Below the pieces are notes generated by a model. The model searched no databases, was not told the origin of the DNA, and worked only from the letters and a program-made list of their open reading frames with translations. A stretch of 64,000 bases of DNA from an uncultured Verrucomicrobiae bacterium (GTDB lineage Bacteria; Verrucomicrobiota; Verrucomicrobiia; Chthoniobacterales; JAFAMB01): contig CAWIPH010000002.1 of NCBI GenBank assembly GCA_963837955.1, positions 4,224,001-4,288,000 of the forward strand, in the 5' to 3' direction. This document shows, in pieces, positions 1-9,991 of this stretch. Every line of letters starts with the position of its first letter. Position 1 is the stretch's first letter. Both the position numbers and the translations under genes were made by a program.

Positions 1-1
1 T

Positions 2-223
2 TACAATCCAGACGACCAGGAGCGATCGAGCTTCCGGAAATGCTTCGACCTAGCGACGCGAGCGGATCGTGTCCGTCATATCGCTCCCGCCGATTATCGA
101 ACCAATAGCCATCTCCGGCTTTTGCTTGAAGAAATGGTGCGCGAAATTGCTGATCGAATGTTGGCCGACCGGAAAGTCGCCAGCGAAATTGGTCTTGTGC
201 GCGCGCCCAAACACGCTATTTGA
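2..223 (+). CDS. 3' end of a gene truncated by the window edge (unknown product)
   Basis: Frame 2 is open from the window start to TGA at 221-223 (YNPDDQERSSFRKCFDLATRADRVRHIAPADYRTNSHLRLLLEEMVREIA...) and converges on polX. Confidence 0.55.
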   Translation, partial: YNPDDQERSSFRKCFDLATRADRVRHIAPADYRTNSHLRLLLEEMVREIADRMLADRKVASEIGLVRAPKHAI

Positions 224-237
224 TCTCGGAGAATCGC

Positions 238-1995
238 CTATCGACCGGCGCTCTTCCGCTTATTGGCGATCACCTTGTCGATGCGGCCAAGCGGCAAGCA
301 ATTGATCACGTCCTCGCGTTGCAGCCATCCCTTTCTCGCGATTTGGACGCCAAACCATAGATCTTCAAATCCGGCCATCGAGTGAGCATCCGGATTGATC
401 GAACAGAGAACCCCTTTGGCTTTCGCCAACCGCCAAAAGCGCCAATCTAAATCCAACCGGCGCGGATTGCAGTTCAACTCAATGATAGTTTTTGTTTCTG
501 CGGCAGCTTCGATGATAGCCGGAAGATCGACCTCCGACGCCTCGCGCGATAGCAACAGGCGACCGGTCGGATGCCCCAACATCGTGACAAACGGGTTCTG
601 CATTGCCCGAATCATCCGCTCAGTCATATCCCTCTCAGTCAGTGTCATCGCGGCGTGAACGCTCGCCACAACGAAATCGAGCTGGCCGAGAATTTCATCC
701 CCAAAGTCAAGCGTGCCATCTCTCAGAATGTCACATTCGACACCAGCAAAAATTTTGAAATCATCGCGGAATCCCTCGTTGAGTTCCTTGATCTTCGCGA
801 CCTGTTCCATTAGCCGCTTTTCGTCAAGGCCGTGAGCCTGAAACGAACTCTTGCTGTGGTCGGCGATGCCTAAGTACTGCAAACCAAGGTCGCGCGCAGC
901 CTTCGCCATTTCCTCCAAAGAATTTCTACCATCACTAGCGTGCGTATGATTGTGAAATGTGCCGCGAAGATTATTCCACTCGATGAGACGAGGCAGTTCG
1001 TTGCGCTCAGCCGCATCAATCTCGCCGTTAGCCTCCCGCAGTTCAGGCGGAATAAAGGCCAATCCAAGGGCCCGATAAAGATCTTCTTCGGTATGGATCG
1101 GAGGAATCGGCTCGGATTTACCTTTCGCTCCCGGGTCTGGTCCAAGGCGATATTCGTTGAGGGTCCAACCACGTTGAAGCGCTCTTCCGCGAAGGGCCAC
1201 ATTGTGCTCTTTGCTGCCGGTGAAATAGGCTGATGCAAATGGGAACTCGTGATTTGCTACTACCCGCAAGTCGGCCTGCATGCCGTTTTTCAGGATCACG
1301 CTAGTTTTAGTATCCCCTTTCGCCAGGACCCGTTCGATCAACTGACAAGTAAGAAAATGCTCGGTGATCCTAGCCGGTTCCTTAGTAGCAACGAGCAGAT
1401 CAAGATCTCCAATGGTCTCTTTTGATCGGCGCAGGCTACCGGCTGTGCTAATCTGCGAGACATCTCGGTGATCCTTAAAGTGGGCCAGTAATTGATCTGC
1501 CATTGCGGTTGCCTCTGATAGCAGATATCGCCCCGAACGCTTGGCTCGCCGCTCGATTGATCGCAGCAAGTTATCTGCAGTCTTATCACCGAAACCGGCT
1601 AGTTCAGCAACCCGGCCGTCGCGGCAAGCAACTTCCAGCTCTTCGATGCTTTTCACCTGGAGCTTCTCCCAGAGTACCTTGATCTTCTTGCCAGCCAGCC
1701 CCTGCAGCTCGAACAGCTCAAACAAAGAGGCCGGAAAGTCAGCCTGAAGTTTTTCGAAATAAACCAGTTTCCCGGTCAATGCATACTCGGAGATTTTCTT
1801 TGCGATCGCATCACCGATCCCATCCAACTCTTTCAACCCACCCTCTTCCACCAGCTTCGGAAAATTCCCAGAATAGGTCTCCAACGCCCGGGCGGCATTC
1901 GTATACGCTCGAATCTTGAAAGGGTTTTCTCCCTTCAGCTCGAGATACTGAGCGATCGTCTCCAAAAGATCGATTGTCTGTTCCTTTGTGACCAT
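238..1995 (-). CDS. polX: DNA polymerase X / PHP 3'-5' exonuclease
   Basis: GENPFKIRAY N-terminus, HhH motifs, AGSLRR, GDLDLL (DxD), YFTGSKEHN, PHP motifs HNHT, DHS, DAH. Confidence 0.95.
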   Translation of the reverse strand: MVTKEQTIDLLETIAQYLELKGENPFKIRAYTNAARALETYSGNFPKLVEEGGLKELDGIGDAIAKKISEYALTGKLVYFEKLQADFPASLFELFELQGLAGKKIKVLWEKLQVKSIEELEVACRDGRVAELAGFGDKTADNLLRSIERRAKRSGRYLLSEATAMADQLLAHFKDHRDVSQISTAGSLRRSKETIGDLDLLVATKEPARITEHFLTCQLIERVLAKGDTKTSVILKNGMQADLRVVANHEFPFASAYFTGSKEHNVALRGRALQRGWTLNEYRLGPDPGAKGKSEPIPPIHTEEDLYRALGLAFIPPELREANGEIDAAERNELPRLIEWNNLRGTFHNHTHASDGRNSLEEMAKAARDLGLQYLGIADHSKSSFQAHGLDEKRLMEQVAKIKELNEGFRDDFKIFAGVECDILRDGTLDFGDEILGQLDFVVASVHAAMTLTERDMTERMIRAMQNPFVTMLGHPTGRLLLSREASEVDLPAIIEAAAETKTIIELNCNPRRLDLDWRFWRLAKAKGVLCSINPDAHSMAGFEDLWFGVQIARKGWLQREDVINCLPLGRIDKVIANKRKSAGR

Positions 1996-1999
1996 GAGT

Positions 2000-2455
2000 T
2001 TATCTTGATGGAATACCTTCCACCTTCGCTCCGTCCTTTATTTGATGACGATCAAACCAACCCGCGTTTACCTCAATAGCATAGCGAATTTTATCGGTGC
2101 GACTCTGGACCAGTGTCTCGTCATGGGGTTGCATCAACTTTTTTTCGCTTATTAACCGATCATCCTCTAGAAACGCGATCGATAGCGGAATCCTCGTATT
2201 TTTCATCCAGAACGAGGCTTGCCTCGGCTGATCGAAAATGAAGAGCATTCCATGATCCTCAGGAAGTGAATCCCGAAACATCAGGCCCATTGCTCGGGAT
2301 TGTTCGTCTTCAGCCAACTCGGCCTTCAGAGGGACACCACCCACGACTAAATCTACTGTGCGCAGTCCGAAGGGCTCCGCCTGCCTGGAATTGCAGGCAG
2401 CGAAAACCAGGGAGAAAAGGACGAGATAAATCCAGCGATTAAGTGAGCGCGGCAC
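2000..2455 (-). CDS. DUF192 family protein, probable lipoprotein
   Basis: GLMFR, GMLFIF, FWMKNT, IEVNAG; lipobox-like FAAC. Confidence 0.9.
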   Translation of the reverse strand: MPRSLNRWIYLVLFSLVFAACNSRQAEPFGLRTVDLVVGGVPLKAELAEDEQSRAMGLMFRDSLPEDHGMLFIFDQPRQASFWMKNTRIPLSIAFLEDDRLISEKKLMQPHDETLVQSRTDKIRYAIEVNAGWFDRHQIKDGAKVEGIPSR

Positions 2456-3584
2456 GATAGATTTCTGATTTAATGTTCAAAGCGACTCTAAAAGCCTCGT
2501 CCAGCGTCGGCCCGAGCACACAGTAATGACCCATCTTGCGCCCAACTCTACCTTCCAGTTTGCCGTACAAATGCAACTTGGCTCGAGGCTGAGCCAAGAT
2601 CGCTGACCAGTCAGGAGGTCTGCTATCCTTCCAGAGATCGCCCAGGAGGTTTACCATGACCGTCGGCACAAGCAACTCTGGCGATCCAAACGGATGACCG
2701 CAGACCGCCCGCAGTTGCTGTTCAAACTGGCTCGTGACGCAAGCGTCGAATGTGTAGTGGCCGGAATTATGCGGCCGCGGAGCCAACTCATTGACTAGTA
2801 ATTTACCTTCAGACGTGATGAAAAACTCCACGGCAATCAGACCAACGACCTCCAAATCCGTGGCTATGGACCGGGCCACCTCGGATGCTTCTCGTTGAAT
2901 CTGCTCTGGGACGCGAGCCGGAATCACGGAGTAGTCCAAAATGTGATGAGAATGAACATTCTCGGCTGCCGGGAAAGTACAGAGCTCACCGTCAGCGCCT
3001 CGAGCAGCGATTACCGAGAGTTCGCATCGAAAATCAATCCAGCGTTCCAGAACCGCTTTGCCACCCGCAAACGGAGTAAAATCTGCATCGGCAGCCGATC
3101 CGATCTTTTGCTGCCCCTTGCCATCATAGCCAAAATCGGCCGTTTTCAAGACCGCCGGGCAACCTATCTCTTCCAGCCCGACTTTGAGTTCGTCTTCGTT
3201 TCTAACGATGCGGAAAGGCGCGATTGGATAACCTTTTGTCCGCAAAAAATTCTTCTCCCTCTCTCGATTCTGGCAAATATGGAGAACTTCCGATCGAGGA
3301 TGGATCGGTTTCTTAGTGGCGATCCGATCGATGACTTCGGCAGGTATATTCTCAAACTCAAAGGTGACCACGTCGACCGAGTCGAGAAACTCGGCGATCG
3401 CAGCCTCGTCCGTGTAGGATCCGGTGAATTCACGGTCAGAAATCTGTCCGGCAGGGCTATCAGGGGAAGCTTCGTAAGTGTGAACCCTGTAACCTAGGCG
3501 ACGGGCAGCAATTCCAAACATTCGACCGAGCTGGCCTCCTCCGAGCACGCCAATCGTCGCACCGGGCGCAATTCTATCAATCAT
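2439..3584 (-). CDS. purK: N5-carboxyaminoimidazole ribonucleotide synthase
   Basis: GGGQLGRM, TFEFEN, GYDGKGQ, NELAPRPHNSGH, RKMGH; start moved to ATG 3584. Confidence 0.95.
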   Translation of the reverse strand: MIDRIAPGATIGVLGGGQLGRMFGIAARRLGYRVHTYEASPDSPAGQISDREFTGSYTDEAAIAEFLDSVDVVTFEFENIPAEVIDRIATKKPIHPRSEVLHICQNREREKNFLRTKGYPIAPFRIVRNEDELKVGLEEIGCPAVLKTADFGYDGKGQQKIGSAADADFTPFAGGKAVLERWIDFRCELSVIAARGADGELCTFPAAENVHSHHILDYSVIPARVPEQIQREASEVARSIATDLEVVGLIAVEFFITSEGKLLVNELAPRPHNSGHYTFDACVTSQFEQQLRAVCGHPFGSPELLVPTVMVNLLGDLWKDSRPPDWSAILAQPRAKLHLYGKLEGRVGRKMGHYCVLGPTLDEAFRVALNIKSEIYRAALT

Positions 3585-3868
3585 CTCAGGACTCTTGGGG
3601 GAAGAGGTGCCTCTGCACAACGAAAAGTTTGTTCCGACTTGCCGAGGGTATTAATGCTGCCCTCGACTGGTAACGGCGACTGTCCGGCTAGCTCAAACGG
3701 GCGCCATGTCGTGAACCTTGCGCGAAAGGAATCAATCGGGCCTAACCATTCGGCGCAGTCGCCCATTGCCTTTTGCACGAATAGCGACTGCGTTTTGTGA
3801 TTTGGCGGAATATGGCGCTTCGCGCCCAGGATTGATTCTCTACGCGGTTCATGCTTAAAGGAGGCACC

Positions 3869-4387
3869 ATGTTGTCCGAGTGGCAGATCAAGTCGCGCGC
3901 TCACACCTGCGCGAGGACCCAAGCCTCTTTTTCCGACGGTGAAGTGATTTACACGCTCCTTTTCCGGGATCAGTCCGGTTTTCGACGTGAAGACATCTCT
4001 GAAAAGGCGTGGCACTCATCTCGGGAGACGGTCCAACCTTTTTCCTTCTGGAAATCTACCTACGAAACTCCACCGGCCGCTCCGCCTGAACCACTGCCAA
4101 AGGAGTCGGTCGAAGAACACTTGCGGCAGCTCATCCAGGAAGACCACCCGGAAAAGATCAACGCCCGTTACATCTTGGCGCTCATGCTCGAGCGGAAAAA
4201 GACTCTAAAACAAGTCGATATCCGTGAAACCGGCGTTGAGCGGATTTTGATCTATGAGCACGCGAAAACCGGGGAGGTCTTTCTCATTTTGGATCCGAAG
4301 TTGCGCTTGGATCAGGTCGACGCGGTCCAAAATGAAGTCTATGCATTCCTCGCTCCCCGAGATCAATCCCTCCAACCCGAGCAATAA
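3869..4387 (+). CDS. hypothetical protein
   Basis: Strong SD AAGGAGG at 3858-3864 before ATG 3869; protein-like composition (YILALMLERKK). Confidence 0.8.
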   Translation: MLSEWQIKSRAHTCARTQASFSDGEVIYTLLFRDQSGFRREDISEKAWHSSRETVQPFSFWKSTYETPPAAPPEPLPKESVEEHLRQLIQEDHPEKINARYILALMLERKKTLKQVDIRETGVERILIYEHAKTGEVFLILDPKLRLDQVDAVQNEVYAFLAPRDQSLQPEQ

Positions 4388-4577
4388 GGCCTTGACCAGG
4401 ATTTACCTGGGACAGCCAACCTGGAAAAGAGTTCCGGAAGTCTTGGCGAGCAAGCTTCCGACGCTTTGGGAGCGATGCTTTCGGCCCAGCACATGCAAAT
4501 TTGACAAGAATGCGGTGGTAGAATCCTGCAACTTTCGTCGAGCGTTGCATCCAGATGATTGTCCAATAAATTAATAT

Positions 4578-5318
4578 ATGCCGTCCAGTAATCCCGTCTT
4601 GAACCAATCCACGTTTGCGAAGCCAGCGACCGGCGTCGATGCCCGGCCAATGACGCTGGAAGGCGTGGTTCATCGAACACTGCTGTTTTTGCTGCTGGCC
4701 GTCGGTACCGCCGCAGCTACTTGGATTTTCCTGAGCACGCATGAAACCGCGACTATGCCAGTTTTGATGGTCGGCATGATCGGTGGCCTTGGCGCCGCTA
4801 TCGTGGCGACTCTCAATAAAAGATCTGTCCCGATCACCGGCACGATCTACGTCCTCTTTGAGGGGCTCGTCCTGGGGGCGATTACCTTGTATTTTGAGAG
4901 AGCATTCCCCGGGATCGCCGTGCAAGCGGTTTGCTTGACGTTTGGTATCTCGTTCGCATTGCTCGGAGCCTATCAATTTGGCTGGATCAAGGTCACGCAG
5001 ACTTTCCGGTCAATCGTGATCTGTGCAACCGGCGGCGTTTTCTTGATCTATTTAATCAGCATGCTCTGCCGTCTGTTTTTTCACTTTTCAATTCCGCTGA
5101 TTTACAGTTCCGGACCAGTTGGCATTATCTTTAGTCTGTTCGTCATTGCTCTGGCTTCGATGAACCTCGTCTTGGATTTTGAATTCGTAGCGACCGGAGT
5201 TGCCAACCGGGCACCAAAATGGATGGAGTGGTACGCTGCCTTCTCTTTGATGGTGACCCTGATTTGGCTCTACCTGGAGATCTTGCGTCTGCTCGCGAAA
5301 CTTACCCGCAACCGCTGA
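4578..5318 (+). CDS. Bax inhibitor-1/YccA family membrane protein
   Basis: SSNPVL, MTLEG, multiple TM helices, NLVLDF, EWYAAFSLMVTLIWLYLEILRLL. Confidence 0.9.
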   Translation: MPSSNPVLNQSTFAKPATGVDARPMTLEGVVHRTLLFLLLAVGTAAATWIFLSTHETATMPVLMVGMIGGLGAAIVATLNKRSVPITGTIYVLFEGLVLGAITLYFERAFPGIAVQAVCLTFGISFALLGAYQFGWIKVTQTFRSIVICATGGVFLIYLISMLCRLFFHFSIPLIYSSGPVGIIFSLFVIALASMNLVLDFEFVATGVANRAPKWMEWYAAFSLMVTLIWLYLEILRLLAKLTRNR

Positions 5319-5336
5319 GATCAGGTCAGCTGCTTT

Positions 5337-5471
5337 CCCAAGGTTAAAACCCCGGGCTGGAGGGATCGCAGCCTGTCCGACATAGCTTTTGGTGCATCGC
5401 GCTCAACGACCGTGCGCTTTTGCGACGTCGGATCCTCGCGATCCGCGGCGCACGAGGACGTTGCGCCCTCC
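5337..5471. repeat. REP-like palindrome cluster with nested insertions
   Basis: GGAGGGATCGC...TCCTCGCGATCCG followed by inverted CGGCGCACGAGGACGTTGCGCCCTCC; related copies at 31210 and 34508-34630. Confidence 0.7.
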
Positions 5472-5605
5472 CCTCCGGGGCAGAGAACCTGACATCAGCC
5501 TGTGTGGAAGCAGTTGCGCTCCCTGCGGGGCGCCACCGGCTTGGGTCCGGCCGAATCGGGCGCTGGCGACGCCTCACCCTAGAGGCTCAGCCAAAATTAG
5601 GGTTG

Positions 5606-6214
5606 CTAATTTGAACTTGCCGAGGCCGCGGGCTCCGACTCAAGCCCATCTTTTCTGGCGCACCGACCTCGCTCCAGAAGCTCCAGACAAGCGGCCTCAA
5701 CGCGAATGGCAAGCTTTAGCGGCTTAAAGCCCAAGCTGTTTGCTAAAAATCGTTCCCGCAATGTGATGCACTCGTCTTGAACTTGGAGTACCTGGCCGCA
5801 ATCCGCGCAGACAATATGAAACGCTGCCGGCGATTGTTCACGATTGACTTCGTAATACCGATGCTCACGGTTCAGCTCCACTTCCCGGATTAACCGGCTG
5901 TCCAGTAGCATCGGCAAAGTGCGGTAGACGGTCGCGAGCGAAATCAGCCGGTCGATCTTCCGAGCTGCGGAAAGAAGGTCCTCCGCATTAAACGGCTCAG
6001 CGAACAAGATGGCGGCCCGAACGATCACCTCCCGAGGCTTCGTGACTCGGAATCCGCTCCCTCGCAAATAAGCCAACGCCTCCTGGAAAAGCGCATCTGG
6101 ATGCTTTTGGGTTCGAGCCGATCCGCCAAGCGGGTCAGGATTGCCCGGCCGTCGCACCGGGAAAACCCCCGGCGAAATTCTATGCATTGCGCATTCGGTA
6201 CGCTCGAAAGTCAT
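5606..6214 (-). CDS. Fur family transcriptional regulator (divergent)
   Basis: GFRVTKPRE, ISLATVYRTL wHTH, HIVCADCG; start uncertain. Confidence 0.85.
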   Translation of the reverse strand: MTFERTECAMHRISPGVFPVRRPGNPDPLGGSARTQKHPDALFQEALAYLRGSGFRVTKPREVIVRAAILFAEPFNAEDLLSAARKIDRLISLATVYRTLPMLLDSRLIREVELNREHRYYEVNREQSPAAFHIVCADCGQVLQVQDECITLRERFLANSLGFKPLKLAIRVEAACLELLERGRCARKDGLESEPAASASSN

Positions 6215-6320
6215 ATGCTCTTACCTCTAAGCTGCCTTCCCGACCACATCCCCCAATCTATGCACCGGAAGCATGTCGAACGCAAACCGATGCAGCCTAG
6301 GAGATTGCCGTGCATATGTC

Positions 6321-7715
6321 TTACCGGAATTTGATGTGCTTCCGCAAAAATGTTGGTACGTCAAGATCTTGCCCGTCCACAATTGTGGGTTCGCTCTTCT
6401 CGAAGCGACCACGGGAAACCGGTTCAAACGCGAGAACCTCCTGTTTCGCTTCGATCTTCTTGACCGGAGGGGTGCGAGACCCTGTCTTCGGTGCGGGTTC
6501 TCTTACTGCCGAGGCCGGCGCATTCTCCTTCTCTTGAAGCGATTCGCACTCAGGGGCAGTGAATTTTTTGAGATCCATCTCCGGCAGAAGTGAGTCCGGC
6601 CGAGCCGGATTTGGCTCCGGCAGTTCGGTCGGATCAACGCGTCCGGGCTCGCCGGCATCGACCACTTCCGCTGACCGTGAGTTCGGCACCCGCTCAGCAA
6701 TGACGCTCGGCCGCAACGCAGGCGTCCCGTTATCCTCGGGACTTCCCAGTGAGCTAATAATGCTCACCGAGAGACGCTGGCCCATCCCCGGATCTACCGC
6801 AATACCCATGAAAAGCTTGGTTCGGTCGTTAATGTGGCGATTCAGTTCTTCCATGATGATTTGCACTTCGCCGAGTGTCACATTATTCCCGCCACGAATG
6901 TAAATAATCGCGTGATACGAATCGTGAAGCATTTCGCCGCGATTCATCAATGGATTCTTCAAAGCTAAGGCCAACGCCTCGTGGGCCCTATTTTCGCCGA
7001 CAGCTTCACCGAACCCGAAAAGCCCGCGGGAATCTTTGCCTCGCAGCACCGCCCGAACGTCGTCAAAGCCGACCTTTAGCAAGCCGGGCCGTCGCAGGAT
7101 AGCGACGATTGCGCGGATGCACCGGCTAATCGTTACGTCGGCCGCTGCAAACGCTTCGTGGATACCCATTCGCGGTAGAGCAATTTCCGCCATCCGGTCA
7201 TTCTCGAAACAAATGACAGCGTCGGCGCTTGACCGCAGTTGCTCCAAGCTTGCTGTGGCTTGTGCACACCGGCGACGGCCCTCGAAAGTAAATGGTAGAG
7301 CCGCTAGTACCAAGACCAGTGCGTTTTCCTCTTTTGCCAACTGAGCAATCCAAGGCGTCGCACCCGAACCTGTTCCCCCACCCAATCCGGCGCAGATGAG
7401 AATGACGTCTCCACCCTTAAGGACCGTCCGAATTTCGTCTGTGGCTTCTTCGGCAGCCGCCAAACCGAGTTCCGGATCGCCGCCAGAACCGAGACCGCGC
7501 GTGAGAGTCCGGCCTAGTTGCACCTTTTGGGTAGCAACCGATCCAGCTAGTGACTGTACGTCGGTATTGACTGCTATGAGCTGAATTTCCTCAGATCCGT
7601 CTAGAACCAGCCGATCCAAAATATTAGAGCCCCCTCCTCCAATGCCGACTACTTTGATGCTAATCGGCGCAGCCGATTTTTCGTCTCGATCATACTGGCG
7701 ATTGAGCTGGACCAT
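6321..7715 (-). CDS. ftsZ: cell division GTPase FtsZ
   Basis: GIGGGGSN, NTD, GLGGGTGSG tubulin signature, PFTFEG, C-terminal DLDVPTFLRK; start ATG 7715. Confidence 0.95.
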   Translation of the reverse strand: MVQLNRQYDRDEKSAAPISIKVVGIGGGGSNILDRLVLDGSEEIQLIAVNTDVQSLAGSVATQKVQLGRTLTRGLGSGGDPELGLAAAEEATDEIRTVLKGGDVILICAGLGGGTGSGATPWIAQLAKEENALVLVLAALPFTFEGRRRCAQATASLEQLRSSADAVICFENDRMAEIALPRMGIHEAFAAADVTISRCIRAIVAILRRPGLLKVGFDDVRAVLRGKDSRGLFGFGEAVGENRAHEALALALKNPLMNRGEMLHDSYHAIIYIRGGNNVTLGEVQIIMEELNRHINDRTKLFMGIAVDPGMGQRLSVSIISSLGSPEDNGTPALRPSVIAERVPNSRSAEVVDAGEPGRVDPTELPEPNPARPDSLLPEMDLKKFTAPECESLQEKENAPASAVREPAPKTGSRTPPVKKIEAKQEVLAFEPVSRGRFEKSEPTIVDGQDLDVPTFLRKHIKFR

Positions 7716-7722
7716 ATGCTTT

Positions 7723-8940
7723 CTAAGTTCGGAACATTCCGCTAAGTTTTCTGATTGCCCGGCTGAATAAACCACCTTCGAGTGGGCGATCGAGGTGACC
7801 TAAGTGCGCGTATTTCACTAAACCTAAAGCAGTCGCAAATTGAGGATTCTCGAATGCGGAAGTCACGCCGGCGAGCGGAAGCGCACTCGCTACTCGTGCT
7901 GGCATCCCGAAAATCTCGGACGCAAGGTCCTCCAAGCCGCGAATTTGACTCGATCCCCCGGTCAAAAGAACGCCCGCCCCAATGTAATGGAGATTTTGCT
8001 CGGTTTCGACGAGGCGTCGCACGATCTCTAGAATTTCTCGGATGCGCAGGTGCACTATTTGATTCACTAACTCGCGCTCTATTTCCCGCCCGGCGAATCC
8101 GGTTTCGTCTCGCAAGACAATGGTTTCTCCAGGAAACGCGGTTCCCAACATTACGCTTCCCTCTTCGGTCTTCAGCTTTTCCGCTCGGGTAGTCGGTATT
8201 TTTAATCCGATGCACATATCATTGGTGATATGGTCACCTCCCACAGCCAAAACCCCGCTCTGTTTCACCGCGCCATCCACATAGACTAAGAAATCGGTCG
8301 TTCCTCCGCCGATATCGATTACCAGAGCGCCAAGCTGCTTCTGCTGCTTGTCTAGCACCGCTTGGGCGGTTGCGAAGGAGTTGATCACGACATCCGCAGC
8401 GTCCAGCTCGAGCTCCTTCACGCAGCGAATCGCGTTTTGGATCCGCGTTCGGATACCATAAACGACATGAAAATCCGCCTCGAGTTTTTTCCCAAATAGT
8501 CCGACCGGGTTCAGCACACCATCCTGACCATCAACAAAGTAGTGCTGGATGATCGTATGGAGGATACAATCCTCGACTGGCAAGCTCACCTCGCGGGCGT
8601 TGGTTCGCACGTCCTCGAGGTCATGCTCGTCAATCTCTTCTCGGCCCTCTTCTACGAGCACAACTCCACGATTATTGAAACTCCGAATATGGCCGCCCGT
8701 AATCCCGAGATAAACCTCGCTGATTTCGACATCGCTTTTCTCTTCTGCGTCGACGATGGCATCGTGAACGCAGCGCTTAGCGGTTTCGAAATCAACGATC
8801 TCGCCTTTGCGTACCCCCCGCGACGGCGCATTGCCGACTCCCAAGATCTTGAGTGCTCCGTCGTGATGAGCTTCGGCAACAGCCACACAGATCTTCGATG
8901 TTCCTACTTCCAGTCCGACAAATATATTTTCTCTACCCAT
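7723..8940 (-). CDS. ftsA: cell division protein FtsA
   Basis: GLEVGTSKI, IDIGGGTT, GGDHITND, LTGGSS; start ATG 8940. Confidence 0.95.
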   Translation of the reverse strand: MGRENIFVGLEVGTSKICVAVAEAHHDGALKILGVGNAPSRGVRKGEIVDFETAKRCVHDAIVDAEEKSDVEISEVYLGITGGHIRSFNNRGVVLVEEGREEIDEHDLEDVRTNAREVSLPVEDCILHTIIQHYFVDGQDGVLNPVGLFGKKLEADFHVVYGIRTRIQNAIRCVKELELDAADVVINSFATAQAVLDKQQKQLGALVIDIGGGTTDFLVYVDGAVKQSGVLAVGGDHITNDMCIGLKIPTTRAEKLKTEEGSVMLGTAFPGETIVLRDETGFAGREIERELVNQIVHLRIREILEIVRRLVETEQNLHYIGAGVLLTGGSSQIRGLEDLASEIFGMPARVASALPLAGVTSAFENPQFATALGLVKYAHLGHLDRPLEGGLFSRAIRKLSGMFRT

Positions 8941-8941
8941 A

Positions 8942-9991
8942 TTATAATTTTCCAGCCACCGCTGTCTTTTTCGGTTGAGGAGTCTTTCCTCCGTGACCAT
9001 TCTTAAATGGCTTCACCGGCGGGTGTGTCGCCTCAGGATTTTCTTTGGTCAGTTCGGGCGGCTTAGTATCGGTTCCCGCGCCGGCATCCACCGATACAGG
9101 AGATACAAATGTGACCGGGATATTGCGCTGGACCATCAAGTTTACGGTTTGCAGCTCCCTGCTGTTTTTTTCACAATAATCCATTAATCGCTCGAGCCGC
9201 TTTATTTGCAGGACTAGGTCATCAGTACCAAACGTGATTACCGAACGCTGTTTGTCCGTAACGACCAAACAATATTCCCTGGAAACGTCGATGCTCTGGA
9301 TCTGGAGACGAGTCTGCAAAATCTCGGCCGCGTCTCGAAGCAATTCCAAAGCCGCTTTGACTTCCTCTTTATCCAGCGCTTGACCAGCCACTAAAGATGA
9401 GGTCTCCACACCCAAGATAACCGGCAGCCCAGCATATTCGGGTGCAGAAGCCTTGGGTTTAAGCAGGATGCCTCGCCGATCAACGAGAAAAGCAGTTTCA
9501 AAAACTGGCGGAAGGCTCCCATTGCCGGATGCAACTATCCAGGCTACCGGACGACGTTCTTGAATGCTGATCACCAACTTATTGGGAAGGACCCGTTGAA
9601 CTCTCGATTCCTCAACCTGCGGCAAACCTCGAAGTTGCTCCTGCACCTGCAGGAGATTCACTTCAAAAATGTTAGCACCTTCGGCGATGTTGGCGGTTTT
9701 GAGGATCGCATCCCTGGTTAGCTTACCGTCGGTTGTCACCTCAATATTGCGCACAGCATAATCCGGATTCTCGAAAAACCAGGCATTCAGGGCCCGCTTT
9801 GCCCCAAACGCGAGTCCAGCTACCGCCGAACCAAAAATGAGCAGCAGTGAAAAGAAAAAAAAGATCTGTTGGGTGCGACGAGCGGCAGCTTTTCGGGTTC
9901 GGACCCTTACATCTAGAAGGTGCTGTTGCCGTCGCTGCCGCGAGGTCGATACTCTTCGATTTTGCTTGCGCGGTTTCTTGTGGATTGTCAC
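8942..9991 (-). CDS. ftsQ: cell division protein FtsQ/DivIB
   Basis: Basic N-tail, one TM helix, POTRA (LPQVEESRVQRVLPNKLVISIQERRPVA), position before ftsA; GTG start at 9991 inferred. Confidence 0.85.
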   Translation of the reverse strand: MTIHKKPRKQNRRVSTSRQRRQQHLLDVRVRTRKAAARRTQQIFFFFSLLLIFGSAVAGLAFGAKRALNAWFFENPDYAVRNIEVTTDGKLTRDAILKTANIAEGANIFEVNLLQVQEQLRGLPQVEESRVQRVLPNKLVISIQERRPVAWIVASGNGSLPPVFETAFLVDRRGILLKPKASAPEYAGLPVILGVETSSLVAGQALDKEEVKAALELLRDAAEILQTRLQIQSIDVSREYCLVVTDKQRSVITFGTDDLVLQIKRLERLMDYCEKNSRELQTVNLMVQRNIPVTFVSPVSVDAGAGTDTKPPELTKENPEATHPPVKPFKNGHGGKTPQPKKTAVAGKL

